A stretch of 63,409 bases of DNA from the NCBI GenBank assembly GCA_029858935.1, contig JAOUEA010000001.1, positions 1-63,409 of the forward strand, written 5' to 3'. Positions within the stretch are counted from its first letter, which is position 1. Every line of letters starts with the position of its first letter. Below, in pieces: positions 18,996-27,619 of the stretch. Both the position numbers and the translations under genes were made by a program. A model generated the notes under the pieces. The model saw only the letters and a list, made by a program, of their open reading frames with translations, was not told the origin of the DNA and ran no database searches. This stretch comes from Actinomycetota bacterium. Its GTDB lineage: Bacteria; Actinomycetota; UBA4738; HRBIN12.

Positions 18996-19988
18996 GTGAA
19001 CCAGAGTCGCCCCGACCGCAACCTTGCCATGGAGCTCGCCCGAGTCACCGAGGCGGCCGCGTTGGCCGCCGGCCGTTGGATCGGCCGCGGCGACAAGATC
19101 GCGGCCGACGGCGCCGCCGTCGACGCGATGCGGCTCATGATCGACACGGTCTCGATGCACGGAACCGTCGTGATCGGCGAAGGTGAGAAGGACGAAGCGC
19201 CGATGCTCTACAACGGCGAGGAGGTGGGCAACGGCGACGGGCCGGGTGTCGACGTGGCCGTGGACCCCATCGATGGCACGCGGCTCACTGCCGTGGGCCA
19301 GCCCAACGCCGTCGCCGTGATCGCACTCGCTGAGCGTGGCACGATGTTCTTCCCCGGCGCTGCCGTCTACATGGAGAAGATCGCGACAGGCGCCGAGGCG
19401 GCCCATGCGATCGACGTGACGGCTCCCCCCGAGGAGAACGTGCGTCTGGTCGCCAAAGCCAAGGGTCTCAAACCGGAGGATGTGAGCGTGACCATCCTCG
19501 ACCGGCCTCGACATGCTGAGATGATCGACGCCGTTCGAAGCGTGGGCGCGCGCGTCTACCTCATCAGTGACGGCGACGTCGCGGGTGCGATCGCCGCGGC
19601 GGCGCCGCGCACCGGCGTCGACCTGTTGTTCGGCATCGGTGGCACCCCCGAGGGCGTGATCGCCGCGGCGGCCCTGAAGTGTCTCGGCGGCGCCATCCAG
19701 GGCCGTCTGTATCCCCGTGACGACCGGGAGCGGCAGGCTCTGATCGATGACGGTTATGACCTCGACGAGGTCCTGACGACCGACGATCTGGTCAGCGGAG
19801 ACGACGTGTTCTTCGCCGCGACCGGCATCACCGACGGTTCCTTGCTCCGCGGCGTGCGGTACTGGCCCGACGGCGCGACGACACACTCGATGGTGATGCG
19901 GTCACGTTCCGGCACCGTTCGCTGGGTCGAAGCGGAGCATCGCTTCGAGAAACTCGAGCGATTCTCCACCATCGCCTATCGGCCCTGA
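18996..19988 (+). CDS. glpX: class II fructose-1,6-bisphosphatase
   Basis: GlpX-like along the whole length (..[36 protein letters not shown]..). Confidence 0.88.
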   Translation: MNQSRPDRNLAMELARVTEAAALAAGRWIGRGDKIAADGAAVDAMRLMIDTVSMHGTVVIGEGEKDEAPMLYNGEEVGNGDGPGVDVAVDPIDGTRLTAVGQPNAVAVIALAERGTMFFPGAAVYMEKIATGAEAAHAIDVTAPPEENVRLVAKAKGLKPEDVSVTILDRPRHAEMIDAVRSVGARVYLISDGDVAGAIAAAAPRTGVDLLFGIGGTPEGVIAAAALKCLGGAIQGRLYPRDDRERQALIDDGYDLDEVLTTDDLVSGDDVFFAATGITDGSLLRGVRYWPDGATTHSMVMRSRSGTVRWVEAEHRFEKLERFSTIAYRP

Positions 19989-20081
19989 CGCGCCGCCGCG
20001 CCCCATCTCTCATGGCGGAACCCACGGGGTTGCGCGTATCCTGTGCCCCGTTCGACCACCGAGTTCGAAGGGGGAATCCGC

Positions 20082-20342
20082 ATGGCCGAGAAGACGATCC
20101 TCGTGTGCGATGCATGTGGCAGACCAGCGGTCGAGACAGTGACGATCAAGGCATCGCGCGGCAACTTCGTGAAGGACCTCTGCGCGACCCATGTCAGCGA
20201 GCTCGTCGCCGGCGCGCGCAAACCACGGCCCGGCCGCCGCAAGGGCGTCGTGGCAGCGAGTGGCGCGTCTGGCGTCAAGAAGTCGTCGGCGCGCAAGCCC
20301 ACCGGCAAGCGCCGAGGACGGCCACCGAAGAAGACCCCCTGA
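20082..20342 (+). CDS. small basic DNA-binding protein with a C-terminal AT-hook (Lsr2-N-terminal-like)
   Basis: ATG 20082 follows GAAGGGGG. The N-terminal beta-rich segment (TILVCDACGRPAVETVTIKASRGNFVKDLC) is reminiscent of the Lsr2 dimerisation domain. The tail is Lys/Arg/Gly/Pro-rich and ends KRRGRPPKK. Confidence 0.55.
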   Translation: MAEKTILVCDACGRPAVETVTIKASRGNFVKDLCATHVSELVAGARKPRPGRRKGVVAASGASGVKKSSARKPTGKRRGRPPKKTP

Positions 20343-20355
20343 CAGGCACGTGCTC

Positions 20356-20595
20356 TCAGGCGTCGGCCACGGGCGGGACGATCTCGTACACGCCCTTCCC
20401 GACCGCTCGCACTGCACCATCGTCCACCCCTCGGTGCAAAGCGGCGAGCAGGTGGCGACGAACGTTCGGCGTCGTGAAGGGATCGATCAGGCCTCGCCGG
20501 AGCGCACGATCCTGGATCACGGTCCAATGCAGGGGCTCGGCTGCTTCCCGCAGCACCTCGACCGCGGCCTCGAGGGGATCGGCCGGCTGCGACAT
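20356..20595 (-). CDS. small winged-helix protein (HARE-HTH-like)
   Basis: 79 aa; the pattern ..AVEVLREAAEPLHWTVI....GVYEI.. resembles the HARE-HTH/Mrr-N type fold. The assignment is tentative. Confidence 0.4.
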   Translation of the reverse strand: MSQPADPLEAAVEVLREAAEPLHWTVIQDRALRRGLIDPFTTPNVRRHLLAALHRGVDDGAVRAVGKGVYEIVPPVADA

Positions 20596-20601
20596 CGGGT
20601 C

Positions 20602-21609
20602 TCAGGCTCTGTCCCGGAACGCCGGGAGCACCTGCTCGGCGATCAGATCGACGATGCTCGGTTCGACCGTGGAGAAGGGCAAGACCCACGGAGCCACGAC
20701 GATCTCCTCCACACCGATCGCCTCGAAGGCGCGGATCCGCTCGATCGCCTGCTCGGGTGTGCCGGACAGCGTGTCGGCTCGCCAGCTCTCCTGGGTCTCA
20801 TCTCGCAGCGCGTCACCGGGCATCGCTACCTTCCCTCGCTCGAACACCGATCGAAAGGCCCCGTCGGTCTCGCCCAGCAATGCGTAAAGTCCGATGGAGA
20901 GCCTGAACGTCGCCGGGTCGCGTCCTTCGGCCTCGCACGCCGCTCGCGCCGCCTGGACCCGCTCGGCATAGACCCCGGGCGACCACCGCCAGGCCGCGTT
21001 CCACCCGTCGGCATGACGAGCCGCGAGACGCAGCAGACGCGGCCCGCCCTTGCCTCCCACCCATACCGGGATGCGAGGCTGCACCGACGCAGGCATCGCC
21101 ACGGCGTCGCGGATCGTGATCGTCGCGCCTTCGAACGAAGCGCGTTCGCCCGAGAGCAACACGTGCAGCACTTGGAGCGACTCCTCGAGCGTGTCGAATC
21201 GCTCACCCATGGAGCCATACGGGAAGCCGAACGCGGCGAATTCCTCCTTGAGCCACCCCGCCCCGATCCCCAGTTCGAACCGCCCGCCCGAGACGGCGTC
21301 GATCGTCGTCGCCATCTTGGCCACGATCGATGGATGCCGGAACGGTGCCCCAAGGACGAGCGTTCCCAGCCGGATCTCGCTCGTCAAGGTGGCGAGCCCC
21401 GAGAGCGCGGTCAGGGGTTCCACGGCCGCGATCGGCGCAGGGTCGGCGCCGTAGCGGGCGAACGAGTAGAAGAGATGATCGGAGATCCAGACCGAATCGA
21501 ACCCGAGCCGCTCGGCGCGCACGGCCCAGTCCGCTACGGCCTGGAACGTGATCGGCGCGCCCGCGGGCAGCGAGAAACCGTAATGCGGCAGACTCAGCCC
21601 GAAGCGCAT
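20602..21609 (-). CDS. LLM-class (luciferase-like) flavin/F420-dependent oxidoreductase
   Basis: 335 aa with a TIM-barrel LLM pattern (MRFGLSLPHYG..., ..GRFELGIGAGW..). Confidence 0.8.
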   Translation of the reverse strand: MRFGLSLPHYGFSLPAGAPITFQAVADWAVRAERLGFDSVWISDHLFYSFARYGADPAPIAAVEPLTALSGLATLTSEIRLGTLVLGAPFRHPSIVAKMATTIDAVSGGRFELGIGAGWLKEEFAAFGFPYGSMGERFDTLEESLQVLHVLLSGERASFEGATITIRDAVAMPASVQPRIPVWVGGKGGPRLLRLAARHADGWNAAWRWSPGVYAERVQAARAACEAEGRDPATFRLSIGLYALLGETDGAFRSVFERGKVAMPGDALRDETQESWRADTLSGTPEQAIERIRAFEAIGVEEIVVAPWVLPFSTVEPSIVDLIAEQVLPAFRDRA

Positions 21610-21632
21610 GGCGGCAGGATACGCGGGGAGCC

Positions 21633-22436
21633 CTAGGGGCTGGGGGTTGCCAGGGCCGCGCGCGTCTCCAGCGAGCCGGTCATCACCACGTCGCCGTTCA
21701 CGTCGCGCACGATCACCGTATCGAAGCCGTCGAGGTCGGCGAACTCCTGCATCACGATGCCGGCCCCACTGTCGTCGAACTCATCCTTCGTGATGCGACC
21801 GACCATCAATACTCCGTCGTCGCTCCGGATGCGCACCGCGAGCGGCAGCACCGCTCGCATCTGAGGGGGCATGCCGTCGACGAGCACGAGCGCCAGGTCG
21901 ACGATCGACGGCGAGACGAGCACCAGGGCGCTACCGCTTCCGCCGCCCGGCGTCGTGGGTTCGAGGGTCCCGAGGAACGCTTCGTTCTCCGGGTTGCCGA
22001 ACTCGGCGGAATTCAACAGATCCCGGAACCGCTCGACAGCGCTCTCCGAGCGGATCTGCTCGAGTCGGGCCACTCGATCGGACCGAGCCGCTCGGCCCGC
22101 CATCACGGCGCCCCACCCGGCGCCGAGTACGGCCAGCAGAGCGGCCAGCGAGGCGATGGCGATCAGACGGCTCCGGCGAGGACTCGACTGCGGTCGTCGG
22201 TCGCGCCGCGCCACCGCATCCTGCACGACCTCCAGCACCCTGTCGCCGAGATCCGCGGGAGGTTCCTCGGGCGCTAGGGCGAACGCGAGGGTCGCCGACG
22301 CGCGAGCCAGCTCGCCGGCTTCCTTCCGGCACGCCGCGCACCAGGCGAGATGGCGATCGACGGTCGCGGCGTCACGGGCGAGCAACGCTCCGAGCGCGTG
22401 CTCCGCCAAGCCCTCCCGCACGGTTGCGCAGTTCAC
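21633..22436 (-). CDS. ZAS-type (zf-HC2) anti-sigma factor, single-pass membrane protein
   Basis: GTG start overlaps the sigma-gene stop (GTGA). It has the H-x3-C-x2-C motif (HLAWCAAC), a TM helix (LIAIASLAALLAVLGAGWGAVMAG) and an extracytoplasmic domain of about 150 aa. Confidence 0.75.
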   Translation of the reverse strand: MNCATVREGLAEHALGALLARDAATVDRHLAWCAACRKEAGELARASATLAFALAPEEPPADLGDRVLEVVQDAVARRDRRPQSSPRRSRLIAIASLAALLAVLGAGWGAVMAGRAARSDRVARLEQIRSESAVERFRDLLNSAEFGNPENEAFLGTLEPTTPGGGSGSALVLVSPSIVDLALVLVDGMPPQMRAVLPLAVRIRSDDGVLMVGRITKDEFDDSGAGIVMQEFADLDGFDTVIVRDVNGDVVMTGSLETRAALATPSP

Positions 22437-22954
22437 ACCAGTCCCTTGCCCTCGTTCGCCTTCCGTACCTTGATCATCGCGGATCGCAGCCTTGTCTTGA
22501 CCGTGCCCAGCGGGATACCGTCGGTCTCGGCGATCTCGCGAGCGGTCATTCCGCGGAAGTACGACCGCGCGACCAGGCGCCGCTCGGCGTCGGTGAGCGA
22601 AGAGAGCGCCCGGACCGCAGCGTCCCGCTCGATGAGAACGGCCTCCTCGTCGAGCCCGGGAGCATCCGGCACCTCGTCGACGAGCACGAGCGTCGGACGG
22701 GAAACGCCCGTTTCCCGTCGCAGCCGATCGACCGCGAGGTTGTGGCCGATCGTCATCAACCAGGTCGACAAGCGGCCCCTGGTGGGATCGAAACGCGCGG
22801 CTTTGCGCCACGCAGTGAGGAAGACGTCCTGCGTGAGCTCTTCCGCCGCTTCCCTGGTCCCCAGCAGGCGGTATCCGAGCGAGTAGATCAGGCGGCCATA
22901 GCGCGCGTAGAGCGCGCGAACCGCCTCGTCGTTCCCGGCAAGGAGCCCTTCCAT
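22433..22954 (-). CDS. ECF (group 4) sigma-70 factor
   Basis: Regions 2 and 4 are recognisable (..AEELTQDVFLTAW.., ..MTAREIAETDGIPLGTVKTRL..). Start is ATG 22954 or GTG 23005. Confidence 0.85.
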   Translation of the reverse strand: MEGLLAGNDEAVRALYARYGRLIYSLGYRLLGTREAAEELTQDVFLTAWRKAARFDPTRGRLSTWLMTIGHNLAVDRLRRETGVSRPTLVLVDEVPDAPGLDEEAVLIERDAAVRALSSLTDAERRLVARSYFRGMTAREIAETDGIPLGTVKTRLRSAMIKVRKANEGKGLV

Positions 22955-23171
22955 CAACTGTTGTTCCTCTTTCGGGAGGAGCGGACCATCGTTGCGAGCT
23001 TGCACCCGGTTTCCTTCCGGTATACGGAGCCTCGGACGATCACGGCTTGCCGCCGGCACGGTCCCGTCCGGGGAACGTTTCCCATCGTACTCCGCGCCTG
23101 CTCGCCTGTATCGGGTTCGCCCGACGACTAGGCTCGGTTCCACGTTCCGCGAAGGAGAACCGAACCGCAAC

Positions 23172-24569
23172 ATGTGGCGAATCAGTGACACGGAGATGAC
23201 GACGACATGGTTGGGTCCAGCGGCTCGGCTGACGACAGCCCTGGCCCTCGTGGTTGTCGGTCTCTCCACCCTCATGTTCTCGCCGGCGGTCGCGCAGTCC
23301 TCCGCCGACGGGTCGATCCTGCGGCTACGGCTCGACGGGGTCGTCGACCCGTTCATGGCCGACTACCTCGCGAACGGCATCGCGGACGCCACCGACACTG
23401 GGTCGGCGGCAGCGCTCATCGAGATCGACACGCCCGGCGGACTGGTGTCCTCGACACGAGAGATCACACAGGCGATCTTGAACGCAGAGGTGCCGGTGCT
23501 CTGCTACGTCGCGCCCTCGGGCGCACGCGCCGCCTCAGCCGGGTCGTTCGTGTTGCTGTCGTGCGACATCGCGGCGATGGCCCCGGGCACCAACGTCGGA
23601 GCGGCGACCCCGGTCGGCATCGATGGCGCCGTCGGCTCCGAGAAGGCAGTGAACGACGCCGCAGCGTCGATGCGCGCGATCGCCGAGGAACACGACCGCA
23701 ACGCAGACGTCGCCGAGTCGTTCGTGACCGATGCTGTGAGCATCAGCGCTGAGCAGGCGCTCGAAGACGGAGTGATCGACCAGATCGCTCCGAGCACCCA
23801 AGCGTTGCTCGACGATGCCGACGGCGAGACCGTCACCCTCGGCAGTGGCGACGAGATCCCCCTCGCGACGGCCGGAGCTCCGATCGTGGACCGCTCGATG
23901 GGTGGGTTCGTCGGCTTCCTGCACACCCTCCTCGACCCGACCTTGGCGTTCATCTTCTTCTGGCTCGGCATCGCGTTGATCGTGCTCGAACTGCTCGTGC
24001 CGGGCCACATCTTCTCGGGCACGATCGGCACCGTGATGCTCATCCTCGCGATCGTGTCCTTCGGCGTGCTGCCCGTGCAACTGATCGGCATCCTGTTGCT
24101 CGTAGCCGCGGCCGTGCTCTTGATCATCGAGCTCAACGCGCCAGGTTTCGGATTCTTCGGCATCGCGGGCACGGTGTGCCTGCTCTTCGGTGGGTGGTTC
24201 CTGTACGACCGCGCGGGCGGCGTCGCGGTGTCGCCGGGAGTGCTCCTCGGAACCGCGATCTTCGTCGGCGTCTTCTTCGCCGTCGTCCTCCGGAAGGTGC
24301 TGCGCGTTCGGCGCAAGCCGGTGACCGATGCCAACTCGATCGTCGGGCGCACCGGCGTGGCGATCGGCGCCGGGCTGAGTCCCGACGGCATCGTCCGCGT
24401 GTCGTCCGAAGAATGGCGAGCCGTCTCGGAAGACGGTTCCCCGATCCCGGCGGGCGCGCGGATCCAGGTCACCGCCCTCAACGGACTCACGCTGTCCGTC
24501 GAAGGCGTACCGATCGAGCGTGAGGGGGCCGGCGCTTCGCCGGCCGATGAGGGGAGGGAACACCGATGA
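23172..24569 (+). CDS. NfeD-family membrane-bound ClpP-class serine protease
   Basis: Signal/TM segment, then a ClpP-like domain (..IEIDTPGGLV...ARAASAGSFV..), multiple TM helices and a C-terminal NfeD OB domain. Start is uncertain (ATG 23172 or 23196). Confidence 0.8.
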   Translation: MWRISDTEMTTTWLGPAARLTTALALVVVGLSTLMFSPAVAQSSADGSILRLRLDGVVDPFMADYLANGIADATDTGSAAALIEIDTPGGLVSSTREITQAILNAEVPVLCYVAPSGARAASAGSFVLLSCDIAAMAPGTNVGAATPVGIDGAVGSEKAVNDAAASMRAIAEEHDRNADVAESFVTDAVSISAEQALEDGVIDQIAPSTQALLDDADGETVTLGSGDEIPLATAGAPIVDRSMGGFVGFLHTLLDPTLAFIFFWLGIALIVLELLVPGHIFSGTIGTVMLILAIVSFGVLPVQLIGILLLVAAAVLLIIELNAPGFGFFGIAGTVCLLFGGWFLYDRAGGVAVSPGVLLGTAIFVGVFFAVVLRKVLRVRRKPVTDANSIVGRTGVAIGAGLSPDGIVRVSSEEWRAVSEDGSPIPAGARIQVTALNGLTLSVEGVPIEREGAGASPADEGREHR

Positions 24570-25492
24570 CCGTCAGCGCCGCGTTGATCGCGTTGATCGT
24601 AGTGATCTTGCTGTTCGTACTGTTCCTGGCCAAGGCGATCCGCATCGTGCCGGAATACCAGCGGCTGGTCGTGTTCAGGCTTGGCCGCCTGCTCAGCGCC
24701 AAGGGGCCCGGTCTCGTCTTGCTGATCCCGTTCGTCGACAGGGGGGTCAGCGTCGACCTCCGCGAGTTCTACCTCGAGATCCCCCGCCAGGACTCGATCA
24801 CCAAGGACAACGCGCCTATCTCGATCGACTTCGTGATGTTCTACAAGGTGCTCGACCCGACGGACTCGGTCGTACAAGTCGGCAACTTCGCCGGAGCGGC
24901 GCTGAACATCGCTGCCACCACGCTCCGTGCGGTGGTCGGCGACATCCCGCTCGACGACGTGCTCGCCAAGCGCGACGAGATCAACCAGATCCTTCGGGCC
25001 AAGCTCGACGAGGTCACCGAGCGCTGGGGCGTGAAGGTGACGAACGTCGAGATCCGGGAGATCATCCCGCCCGCATCCGTGCAGGAGGCGATGACCCGGC
25101 AGATGTCGGCCGAACGCACCCGCCGCGCCGTCGTGACGGAAGCCGACGGTCAGAAGGCAGCCGCGATCACGGTCGCCGAAGGCAACAAGGAATCCGCGAT
25201 CCTCAACGCCGAGGGCTCGAAGCAGTCGGCGATCCTCACCGCCGAGGGTGAGCGGCAGGCCGCGATCCTGCGTGCCGAGGGCTTCGCACTCGCATTGAAG
25301 ACGATCAACGAGCAGGCGATGGGTGCCGACGCCAAGACGATGAAGCTTCAGTACCTCGAAACCCTGAAAGCGATGGGTGTGTCACCGTCGTCGAAGATCG
25401 TCGTCCCGATGGAACTCGCGAGCCTCGTGTCGGGATTCACGGCCGTGGCGGAGGCCGCCTCGGCGAACGGCCCGTCAGACCAGGGCGCCTAG
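24566..25492 (+). CDS. SPFH/band-7 (stomatin/prohibitin-like) protein
   Basis: N-terminal TM then an SPFH core (..IVPEYQRLVVFRLGR...). Its start overlaps the nfeD stop by 4 nt (24566-24569), the classic NfeD-stomatin pairing. Confidence 0.88.
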   Translation: MTVSAALIALIVVILLFVLFLAKAIRIVPEYQRLVVFRLGRLLSAKGPGLVLLIPFVDRGVSVDLREFYLEIPRQDSITKDNAPISIDFVMFYKVLDPTDSVVQVGNFAGAALNIAATTLRAVVGDIPLDDVLAKRDEINQILRAKLDEVTERWGVKVTNVEIREIIPPASVQEAMTRQMSAERTRRAVVTEADGQKAAAITVAEGNKESAILNAEGSKQSAILTAEGERQAAILRAEGFALALKTINEQAMGADAKTMKLQYLETLKAMGVSPSSKIVVPMELASLVSGFTAVAEAASANGPSDQGA

Positions 25493-25567
25493 GCCACCGC
25501 AGCGCCGCGGGCGCCGACCGAATCGGCGCCCGCGTCCTTGCTGGAACCTCCCGCCCGTCCGCGGTGT

Positions 25568-26179
25568 ATGACGGGTGACGACGTGAACGATCCACGCCCC
25601 GTCGAGGGACGACCATCGGAGGACGTTGACGCCGTCGCGCGCGCGCGCGACGGCGATGTCGGCGCGTTCGAGGCCCTCGTCGCGCGGTATCAAGGCGTCG
25701 CCTTTCGAGTGGCGTGGCTGGTGGTGCGAAACCGAGGAGAGGCCGAGGATGCCGTGCAGGACGCGTTCGTGAAGGCCTACTACGCCCTGCCTCGCTTCCG
25801 GCCCGGCGCGCCCTTCCGGCCGTGGATCCTCCGCATCGTGGCGAACGAAGCCCGCAACCGAAGTCGTTCCGCTCGTCGGCGCGACGGGCTCGCGATGCGG
25901 GTTGCCGCGAGCGAGCCCGGACAGGTGATGCCGTCACCCGAGGGTGCCGTGCTCGATCGGACCGAGGCCGAGGCGCTCGTGCTCGCCCTCGAGCGCCTGC
26001 CGGAACGAGACCGTCACGTGCTCGCCCTTCGGTACTTGCTCGAGCTGAGCGAGGCCGAGACCGCCGAGGTGCTCGGGGTGCGTCCGGGCACGGTGAAATC
26101 ACGCCTGTCTCGCGCCCTCGCGCGACTGCGCGCCGAGGTGCCGAACAGCGCGTCGTTCGCGGAGGTGGATGAGCGATGA
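25568..26179 (+). CDS. ECF sigma-70 factor (second copy)
   Basis: Region 2 (AEDAVQDAFVKAY) and region 4 (LSEAETAEVLGVRPGTVKSRL). Confidence 0.85.
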   Translation: MTGDDVNDPRPVEGRPSEDVDAVARARDGDVGAFEALVARYQGVAFRVAWLVVRNRGEAEDAVQDAFVKAYYALPRFRPGAPFRPWILRIVANEARNRSRSARRRDGLAMRVAASEPGQVMPSPEGAVLDRTEAEALVLALERLPERDRHVLALRYLLELSEAETAEVLGVRPGTVKSRLSRALARLRAEVPNSASFAEVDER

Positions 26180-26994
26180 CGGAGAGGACGAGCGGACTGA
26201 CCGACGAGCAGATCGGCGAACGCCTCACAGAGCTCGGCGACCTGATCTCGTGGCCCCCCACACCCGACCTGGCGGGCGCGGTGAGCGCCACGATCCGCGA
26301 CGAGCGAGGGGCGCCGACGCTCATCGCGCCGCGGCTCTCGCTGCCCAGCCGGCGGCGAACCTTGCTCCTGATCGCGGCGGCGCTGCTGGCGCTCGCCGGC
26401 GCCGCCCTGGCAACCCGCCTGGTGATCGAGCTCGGCGCCGTGGGCGTCGAGGTGCTGCCGGGGCGCCCGACCTCGCTGCCTCCACACGTAGCGAAGCCCG
26501 GCGATCTCGGTCGCGAGATCGATGTGAGCGACGCCGACGTCATCGCGGGGTTCCCGGCGGCCCTCCCCGCCGCGCTCGGTCCTCCGGCTCGTGCCTGGAT
26601 CGACACCGCGCAGGTGGACCCGGAGTCCAACGCCACGGCCACCCGCGTCGTGACCGCGTGGCGTCCCACGGCCGAGCTCACGGAGATCCCCGGCACGGGC
26701 GTGGGCGCAGTGCTCATGCAGTTCGAGGGGCCTTGGCAGGTCGCCTCCAAACTGCTGTCGGCAGAGACCAACCGGTTCGGCATCGTGTTCGTGAACGGGC
26801 GGGACGCGTTCTGGACCACGGGCACGCACGAGCTGCAGCTCGTCTCGGGAAGCACGGTGCAGCGCCACCTCGTGAACGGGAACGTCGTGATCTGGGAGGA
26901 GGCCGGCTTCACGTTCCGGCTCGAATCCCTCCTCGGGAAGCGGGCCGCCATCCGTCTCGCGGAGACCGTGCAGCCGCTCATCGACCTCGGCTGA
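26176..26994 (+). CDS. putative anti-sigma/membrane protein with a DUF4367-like C-terminal domain
   Basis: Start overlaps the stop of the sigma gene. It has one TM helix (LLLIAAALLALAGAALA) and a C-terminus (..NVVIWEEAGFTFRLES..) like DUF4367. Confidence 0.6.
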   Translation: MTERTSGLTDEQIGERLTELGDLISWPPTPDLAGAVSATIRDERGAPTLIAPRLSLPSRRRTLLLIAAALLALAGAALATRLVIELGAVGVEVLPGRPTSLPPHVAKPGDLGREIDVSDADVIAGFPAALPAALGPPARAWIDTAQVDPESNATATRVVTAWRPTAELTEIPGTGVGAVLMQFEGPWQVASKLLSAETNRFGIVFVNGRDAFWTTGTHELQLVSGSTVQRHLVNGNVVIWEEAGFTFRLESLLGKRAAIRLAETVQPLIDLG

Positions 26995-27064
26995 GGAGGG
27001 AACCGCGACCCCCGCGCCGGTGTATGCGAAGTGGGAGTCGGCGTTCCGACACGAACGGGAGGGC

Positions 27065-27610
27065 ATGACGATGACCGGTAGGCGCAGATTCACGACGATC
27101 GCGGTGCTCGCGATGATCGGCATCACCGCTGCAGCGGCGGCGGCCCACGCCGGCGGCGGTGGTGGTGGCCACTGCAGTCCTGGCGAGGGCGACGGGGGCG
27201 TGATCGAGCTGTCGGAAGCATGCTTCCGACCGGCGACGCTGCAGGTGAACCCCGGCGACACCATCACGTTCGTCAACCGCGACCAGTACGCGCACAACGT
27301 GATCGGCTCGGGATGGGGACGCCACGAAGACATCGAGCGCGGGGAGCGATTCTCGACCTCGTTCCAGGATGAAGGCATCTACCCGTTCGCCTGCACCCTG
27401 CACCCCGGCATGACCGGAGTCATCCTCGTAGGCGAGACCCAGGCGAGCGAGATGGCGCGAGCCGAGCATCCGATCACGCGGTCGACGAGCGGACCGGGAG
27501 GGGGGAACGACTGGCTCGCCCCGGGGACGATCGGACTCCTGGTCGGATGGACCGTGGGAGTGGGCACGATGATCGCACGCCGGCGAACGACGACCTCGGC
27601 CGCCGGGTGA
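27065..27610 (+). CDS. membrane-anchored cupredoxin (plastocyanin/azurin-like) copper protein
   Basis: Signal peptide, a Gly6 run, type-1 Cu ligands (..AHNV.. and CTLHPGM) and a C-terminal TM helix. GGGAGGG lies upstream of ATG 27065. Confidence 0.75.
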   Translation: MTMTGRRRFTTIAVLAMIGITAAAAAAHAGGGGGGHCSPGEGDGGVIELSEACFRPATLQVNPGDTITFVNRDQYAHNVIGSGWGRHEDIERGERFSTSFQDEGIYPFACTLHPGMTGVILVGETQASEMARAEHPITRSTSGPGGGNDWLAPGTIGLLVGWTVGVGTMIARRRTTTSAAG

Positions 27611-27619
27611 CCACTCGGC

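Noticed and set aside
20346-20353. 8-bp palindrome GCACGTGC between the convergent stops of the AT-hook gene and the wHTH gene
   Set aside because: It is too short for a stable terminator stem or to be statistically meaningful. It probably occurs by chance.
23072-23096. GGAAC motif upstream of nfeD as an ECF-type -35 element
   Set aside because: There is no convincing CGT-type -10 at the expected 16-17 nt spacing. A single pentamer in GC-rich DNA is not evidence.
25437-26981. 514-aa minus-strand ORF, with the similar long antisense ORFs 8329..9576, 11852..12907, 34083..36152, 50508..51731 and 48151..49500
   Set aside because: Each lies opposite a gene with strong domain evidence. All are Arg/Pro/Gly-rich with no recognisable motifs.
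27152-27169. GGC/GGT hexa-glycine codon run (possible slippage tract)
   Set aside because: The codons are mixed (ggc ggc ggt ggt ggt ggc), so this is not a true homopolymer or simple repeat. It encodes a plausible flexible linker after the cupredoxin signal peptide.
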